From assembly GCF_009914755.1 (NCBI RefSeq), contig NC_060927.1: a stretch of 64,000 nucleotides of DNA. The stretch is one strand, 5' to 3'. The position numbers were made by a program, and so were the translations under genes. This document shows, in pieces, positions 55,226 through 64,000 of the stretch. The first letter of the stretch is position 1. Every line of letters begins with the position of its first letter. The notes under the pieces were generated by a model, which saw only the letters and a program-made list of their open reading frames with translations, was not told where the DNA came from and did no database searches. The DNA is from the human T2T-CHM13v2.0 reference genome, Homo sapiens.

Positions 55226-56319
55226 AAGCTTTTGCATTTGATTGACAGTGTCTTTAACAGAGCAGACATTATAAATTGTACTGGAGGCTATCTTATCAAT
55301 TATTTCTTTCTTTCATAAATCATACCTTTAGTGTTGTATCTAAAAAGTTATCACCATGCCCAAGGTCATTAGATTTTCTTCTGTGTTTTCTTCTAGGAGT
55401 TTTGTAGTTTTGCATTTTACATTTAGGTCTGTAATCCATTTTAAGTTAATTTTTCTTTCTTTTTTTTTTTTTTTGCATTTAATTTGCTGGGTTCTAAGAT
55501 ATGAGATTTAAGCAGATGGGTACCATATCAAACCAAGAAAGCTACTGCCTCCATTTCTTAATTATTTTAAACCTTGCCACATGTAGCCAAATCTTCTCCC
55601 AGCCACTGAATTTGTAACTCATACATTAGGGACTCCACAATAAACAATTAGGATAATTAGTATAACATGGAATAAAGATAACATTCCATATTTACCTTAA
55701 TAAATAAACAAACCACAATACAGAGTTGTAAAAAAGTAAATTCATGGTCATATTCCCACACATCTGGAGTGGTACAAGTTCAGACCCTGTTTTGACCCAC
55801 TCTCTGAGTAACTCATGGAATATTTTATTCCTTGAATCTTTAAACAAGAGTAATGCTAATATTACTTGTACTTGATTCAAGAGATTTAAAGTTTTGCAAC
55901 TGTCTTATCTCAACTACATATTTTTAATAAATATTAAAATAGACATTTTCTTCACTTTCTAGATTAATATTCTGTAAAATAACTTCTCTAGGATCTTCAA
56001 GTAGGAATGAAGCTACTTATAAAATTTCAAACCCAAACTTTGTACAACATAACAAGTATATGAGCTAGTAAATATTTATTTTGAAAGATACCACTTTCAA
56101 ATATTCAGGTTAATGGGTTAAAAGAAGTGTTTTTGCCTCCATCACAAACCAATGTGCATGTGAATAAACAGTGTGCTAGTGGAGATGCAAGTTGTTATCA
56201 ATGTTTCACTTGTTCGCTAGTCATTCACTCACTTGTTAATAGTTATTGATTCACCCAGTAGATACTGTCCTAAGCTCCATCATTGTGACTGAGAGAGGAA
56301 TATGGAAATATAGAGGAAG

Positions 56320-56346
56320 AATATATATATATATATATATATATAT
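56320..56346. repeat. (AT)n microsatellite
   Basis: Read directly. Confidence 0.92.
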
Positions 56347-57537
56347 GTCAAAACACATCTGCCCTATAGACAGTTTTAGTTCATTAAAATTCTAATATTT
56401 TTCTTGGTAAAAGAGGATGTGGAAAAAAATCATACATTTTATACCTTCACCTGGTTAGACATCATGTCAAAATTTTAGACAGTTTAATATTTATGTCTTA
56501 TAATAATCTTTATAGGTCTAATGTTATTGATTAATCAAAATATAATTTAAGAACTTAAGCTCAAAGTGACAGGTCCAGAAAGGGTGTCATTTGATCTTAG
56601 AGGTAATTCATCGCAAAATTTGTGTTTTTTACTGTCTCTAAGATCTAACTTTCTCAAAGCGTATGCTATTTTTATTATTTCCTCTAATACAAAAAAATGC
56701 CAAAAGTTATTCTGAAGTTTTTCAATCACATTGTAGAAAACAAAAGTATTATTTTATCTATATTTATTCTAAAACAAAAATATACCATTCAGTTATTTAC
56801 TGATGGCAATATGAGCTGGGGAGATTTATTGCAAATTAAAATGTCTGCTCAGTGTACATATAATGATATTATTTCAAATCATGGCCAAATCACCAAGGTT
56901 ACATTCAAACAAGTACAATAGACTTAGACACAAATTCTTATTTTTCAAATACTAAAGCCAAAAATATGCCACGTCATTTAAAAAAAATCACGTTTTAACA
57001 ACTTACAAGGTTACTCAATTAACATCAGCTACAGATAATATTAATATAACAGTGTCTTATTACTAAACAATTAGTTTATCACACAAATTAGGAAGAACCA
57101 AATACATACTCATTAAAAATAATCTGCAATAACTTTGAGACATACATTTGATAGAATATAATAATTAAATGGTCAGGTCAGGGTTTACTACCCTTCTGAG
57201 ACAAATTGCAAGAATTGCAAAAATATAACATTTTTTCAATTCAAAACTATATCAAAGACTTTAACTAAATAAAACTATCTTACTATAATGTAAAATCCAT
57301 GATGAGAAGAACTAAACTACATAAATTTTCTTTTCTTTTCAATAGCATAGTTCATATTCTTTGTTTTTTTTCTGTTAATGAAGGACTGACTTTGTAATTT
57401 AACTTGATTTATGTAATTATGAGCCTTTTATTACGTAGGCACCTGGTTGACTACTTTGATGGGTCTACATTTTCAAAAGTCAATTTTAATGGTTCTTATG
57501 GAGATTGAAATCTTTATATAATAGCCTTTGAGATAAT

Positions 57538-58003
57538 TCACTTCAAAAATCCTGCCCAAGCAGGTACTGTCTGCAATGAAAGGAGCACTGAAATCTTCTT
57601 GTTTTTATACAATACAGATTATTTTTTATTCTTTAGCAAAAATTTCAAGGTAACTTGGAAAACATCCTCCTGAAGACAAAAATATAAGCAACTTAAGCCA
57701 ATGCAAAATCCAAATGGCTAACCTGTATACAAATATGATTTTGAGATGAGATTAATATTGAAAAGTATATTTAGCTTATTTATTCCTGCTAGGTGCCCTA
57801 AAAAAATTAGTAAAGAAAATCTAAAGGTAACATTAATGGGCCTTGCAATTTTAGGTGGACAAACATTTATTGGAATCTGCAAGGATTTTAGATTGAAGTT
57901 TGTTGCTTTTGAGTAGAGAAAAAAATTAAGAAGTAAATAAATAATACAAAGCATCACAGAGAAAAATCACCTCCGATTTGGTTTATCTACATAAGCTACT
58001 GAC
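57538..58003 (-). other. Candidate last two exons of an unidentified minus-strand transcript
   Basis: Acceptor tgctcctttcattgcag| at 57571; a 33-nt AG/GT-bounded segment at 57971-58003; splice signals only, no recognised protein. Confidence 0.28.
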
Positions 58004-58163
58004 CTTTATTTTAAAGCAGAAACAGAAGTCATGAGCAAAGCTGATTCCAAGTAGTAAAAAACCCGGAAAAGTAACTTTTTTATGTATTTAACCTTCTGAA
58101 TTCTTGATTTGCAAATTTGCTTTCTGTCTTTGGTTTCCTTTGTTTGCTTGTTTTAAAGTTGTA

Positions 58164-58526
<363 letters not shown>

Positions 58527-60930
58527 TTATTTCAAATGAACTGAGATAATATAAAATATACTTACATTTACTCTAAAGTTTAAGCTATATTTGTGTCTGT
58601 GCAGGCTAGATGAATACTTGAGTAATTGGATAGAGTATAATTTCTGTTTTAATAAATATAATTTAAATGGAATCTCAGCATTAAAATTCCTTTCGAAAGA
58701 ATAACAAAAAAGAGAAAAAAAATGTTCCAGTAAATGGCATTCTATCATTGGTAACGTGCGTCAGATCCCATAGGCTTTTGGGAATTTATTGCATTTACTT
58801 GATTATTACACGAGCATGTTAAAGCCAATTGAAAGAAAACAAAATAAAAAAATTGATACTTCACTGGCCTAACTTAAACTGTGCTAGAAATTTGCAGTGG
58901 CATCGGCTGCTACAGAAATGGGGCGATACAGGAATAGTTAACTATGTAAAAATGCAATACTTACTACTACATTTGTGAAAATAGCATATAACTTCCCATT
59001 ACTAAAACAGAAGTTACATAAATTTTTTCCTTTTACATTCCTTATGAATGGATTTAGGTTTTGGATTACCTATATAAACTATCTCAAATCTATTGCTTTA
59101 CTTAACTCACTGGTAGAGACTTATAAACATATTATTACAGAAGAAACATAGAAGCCAATAAGAACCGAAACACTATTGAGTATAAATATCAAATTATTAG
59201 TAAGAATGCTTCCAAATGCATTCCACTATGGAATTCAAGCTGTCTTTGGTTTTCAGATTATTCTCCTTCATTATATTATTGGTTTCATGTTATTATTACT
59301 CATTTCACCATATTAGATTTTATATTATTTAAAGTGAAATGTGTATCATGTTCATCTTTATATTTTGTTTTTATACATCAATAAGAACATACCTAGAAAA
59401 ATGCCTTGTATAGCTTAAGTGTCTAATCAGTGTATATTATATAAAGGTGAATTTCAATATGAATAAACCCATCAACTATTTTATTTTAGTCTCTAAATTG
59501 AAAAAGCTGTTCTTTGTAACATGGACCAGTGAAAATGAAGTTACATAAAATATGTGATGATAATAATACAATATTTAATATTATATATAAAACAATATCA
59601 ACACAATTTAATGTCAGATCAAAACAACAACAGAAATTCATTAGAGTAAGAAGAGAAATTGAGAAGGGTGAAGTTTCTCGAATACAGAAAAATTGTGTAT
59701 ACATCCTCCTAGATTTAGCGAGGCATCCCTATTCTGTGATTCACCATTGGTGAATGATTAATTAAGAGTTGATACTTACAGAGAGTAACTTGCCTATTTT
59801 GGTCTCAGTAGTCATATGGTCCTTCCTTTTACTTTGTGTATGAAACATCCAATGTATCCAGAGTAAAGACAATCAATTTAATAATTTGTCTTGTGGAGCC
59901 AAACAGAGGTTGTTTAGCTCTCTATCTTACTATCATTTTCCATTTTCACGACAAGATTTATAATTCAGACATGCTGGGTAAACCTATAACATGTGGCTAT
60001 CTTGTACTTTCTATCCCCAAATAATAGCAATAATATTTGTACATTTTCTTTTGGATCTTTCATATTGCCTCAGTTAAAAAACAAACAAAAAAGGCATTAT
60101 CAGCAGGAACAATGTGGGTGCAATAGGCAATGCTGAAATGGAAACTTGCTGAAGGATAGCTTATATGAGCAGAGCTTGCAGAATAGTTCCCAAGAGTAGT
60201 ATCATAGAAGATAGAAACTCAGGTAAATTCTTCTATAAATATTTTAATACTAATGAAAAAAATCTTGAAATTTGTCCCATATTTCTCAGGCAGTAGCCGT
60301 AAGTACAGAGAGCATAAGGGAACATAATTCAAGAAACTGTGAATACAAATTTTGTTATTCTAACTCTAAACTCATGATTTGGCAGTAATCTAGTCTTAAA
60401 TTTCAAAGGAAATAGCTATGATTTTATATAATTTAACCCTCCCTTGAAAGGTAAATTCAAGTTAATGCTATGAATCAGTAGATTACAATTTCACAAATGA
60501 ATAACAGTTTTGTAAACTGCAAAACACAATAAAATCAGAGATTTACTGCTTTCAAAGTCTTTACAAATTATTATTAATTATTTTATTTTAACCTACTACT
60601 ACTCAGCTTTATTCTCTGAATGATGGGGTATTTTCTACACCTACTTATTTTGGTATATTCATTATCTATCTTTTCGCCCAAGCTATTAACCTGGTCAACA
60701 AGACTTCTTCTCCTCCCTTAATCTCCAAGTTTAACCTGATACCTATACATCTAATTTTACCTTTAAGTTATTCTTTTGTTTTCAATTTTCTTCTCCTCTT
60801 TATTTTCCATGACTTATTAAATTCCCTTCAACTTGTATCTAGCATACTTTGATTTCCTTTCTGATTGGTCTCCTCACTTGAATATTGCCTTCACCAAGGA
60901 AGAAAATATGCCCATTTTAATGGTCTGATT

Positions 60931-61089
60931 CAGCATTTCTCAAAACGATATTTACCTAGAAATCACCCGGGAACTTTGTGAAATGACAGATTCTGATTCA
61001 GTAGATCTGGAATAGAGTCTGAGTTCCTTTACAGGCTCACACATGATGCTAATGATGTTGTTCTGCAGATCACACTCTGAGAAGCAAGA
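60931..61089. mobile_element. MER5A/MER5B hAT-Charlie MITE
   Basis: agattctgattcagtagatctgga...gatgctaatgatgttgttctgcagatcacactctgagaagcaag. Confidence 0.78.
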
Positions 61090-61309
61090 CTGTTAGCAAA
61101 ACCTTAAATGTTCATGTTACTCTCTTTCATGAAATTTATCACAGCAGCCCATTGCTGTTGAAATATAGTCAACATACCTTAGAGTGGAATATGAAGCGGA
61201 GCACTTCTTTAAGCGCTTCTCTTTCTCAGTGGCAGGCCTTGGTGTGTAATCTACCAATACCACACTTGGGAGTATTTCTCCCCAAAATGTTGTGTCATGC
61301 CTACATGCA

Positions 61310-61605
61310 TGTTTATTCATCAGAGTAAGAGGGACAGACCCAATAGGAGAGAGAGAGAAAGAAAGAGAGGACTTATTAGGAAGAGAGAGACAAAATTACT
61401 TTTTCTTTGCCTTTTTTTCTATCCAGCCCCCAATCAATTTGATAGTTCCTGCCATATTGAGTATGGATCTTTCCCACTCAGTCTACCAATTCACATGCCA
61501 ATTTCCTCTGGGAATACCCTCACACAAACACCCAGAACTGATGCTTTACCAGTTCTCTAGATAATCCTTAATCCAGTCAAGTTGATACCTAAATACTCCA
61601 TCACA
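61310..61605 (-). mobile_element. Older MLT2 (B/C-type) LTR with internal deletion
   Basis: ccctcacacaaacacccagaa...taatccagtcaagttgatacctaaatactccatcaca. Confidence 0.78.
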
Positions 61606-61814
61606 CCTCTTGACACACTCTTGGCCCTGTCTAGGACATTTTCATTGCCGTTTTGCTGTTTTCAAGACTCACTTTATTTTTACTTCTTGAAGGAAACGTT
61701 CACTGGCAGCTTCAGGCTTGGGTTTACTACTTTTATACATGCTCCCTTATCACTCTGGGTTTGATGTTATGATGCCACTTACAACTGTTCTGAAACTATT
61801 CAGAGGTATTTCCC

Positions 61815-61925
61815 TCACTGGTTTGTAAGTTCAAGGCATTGGGATTTTCACCTTTGTATCCCATAGGCCTACCCACGGTACTGATATATAATAAAAGATA
61901 ATAAATATTTGCCTAACTCAATTGA
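61815..61925 (+). mobile_element. L2 3' end fragment
   Basis: ttcacctttgtatcccataggcctacccacggtactgatatataataaaagataataaatatttg. Confidence 0.55.
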
Positions 61926-62039
61926 TGATATGTGAGTTCACTTCTCGAATTTGTCCAAATTATATATGTGGCTGAAGTATTGCTGGAACAAGTGAGATAT
62001 TAAATATAAAGTTTTTCACAATATTTACTGATTTCCATA

Positions 62040-63000
<961 letters not shown>

Positions 63001-63935
63001 TTTCTTTTGTGTCCTATCAATGAAAAAAATATTGTTAAAATGTCCTACTACATTGAGCTGTGTCTATTTATTATCAAGGGAACATTGGCTCCAAATGTCC
63101 AGCTTACTTCTCTTTTTTCCTCTTCTTCTGAATGTTTAACCCACAAATTCCTTGCACTGGTAGATCTCCAATGAAATCTTTTTAACAAAGTAAACATTTT
63201 CTGCATTTTAAAATTTATCATGCCTAGAAATTTGTATCTACAATCTACTCAGCCATTGTTAAAGTCCCTGGATAGCTCTTTAAAGGTATATCATGTATAA
63301 GTTATTTCTAAAATGGCAAAGGGTCAATTTACATTTATTCTTTATCTTGACTCAAATTTGGTATTTCATATTCTGGATGAAAACCTATTTTCTACATTTT
63401 CATATTTTTCCCTTAAAGTTGTTCTCTTATATATTTTTTTCATATATGAAGATTGCTTATAAAGTGTCTGCTTCTTATGAACTAAAACATACCCTCTCGA
63501 AAATGAAATAAAATAAAATAAAATAAAAATAAATAAAGTAAGATTAAAAAATATCAAATACAAACTTAGAGTGTATCCCAATGAGTTGGAAACTGAATAC
63601 AAATTAAAGGACCTTAAGATATTTTGAGTGTACTCTAGTGAAAAACTATAGAATAAATACAAACCATGTAATACATTATTTTTCCCTCTGCACACTTTGA
63701 GAAGATTTGAATCATATGAGTGAGTTTTCTCATTCCGGACTACTTACACATTTTTAAGATTTCTTTTGCATATCTCAGAATAGATTTTTCTGGGATTTCT
63801 TGTTGGTTTTTAAAACGCAAATTCTGTAAATTTCTTGGTAAGTTTTTCTTCAAATTTAATATATATTGCTAATATTATTTTCCCCCATTATTATTCTCCC
63901 ATACATTATTATATGTTCCAAAGGTTTAAGATAAG

Positions 63936-63988
<53 letters not shown>
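63936..63988. repeat. (TA)n(GA)n microsatellite
   Basis: Read directly. Confidence 0.95.
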
Positions 63989-63991
<3 letters not shown>

Positions 63992-64000
63992 TGTATAATA

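Larger units (their letters stand above)
51750..55455 (-). mobile_element. L1MC-like host segment in three pieces (51750-51810, 54500-54550, 55243-55455)
   Basis: Joined, the pieces are colinear with the L1MC at ~9190-9510 in this window. Confidence 0.75.

Overview
This is eukaryotic, primate (human-like) genomic DNA. It is AT-rich and made mostly of interspersed repeats: Alu, L1PA/L1M, L2, MIR, MaLR/ERV LTR elements and hAT/mariner relics. No intact protein-coding gene, RNA gene or CRISPR array can be supported. The long ORFs in the track are broken L1 ORF1/ORF2 and MaLR internal-ORF remnants, or spurious. The most unusual item is at 51811-54499: a minus-strand THE1 (MaLR) provirus whose 3' LTR is THE1 but whose 5' LTR is a HERV-L-type MLT2A LTR. 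It is joined at the primer-binding-site region and bracketed by a single 5-bp target-site duplication (TGCCT) within a contiguous host L1, which points to a heterologous-LTR integrant formed by strand transfer between co-packaged MaLR and ERV-L genomes. Other points: a palindromic minisatellite, a ~740-bp AT island, two long L1s tail-to-tail inside one L2, templated micro-rearrangements in L1s, a one-armed MADE1, and a weak candidate set of minus-strand terminal exons at ~56.8-59.8 kb. Repeat subfamily names come from recalled consensus sequences, not a search, and need Dfam/RepeatMasker confirmation.
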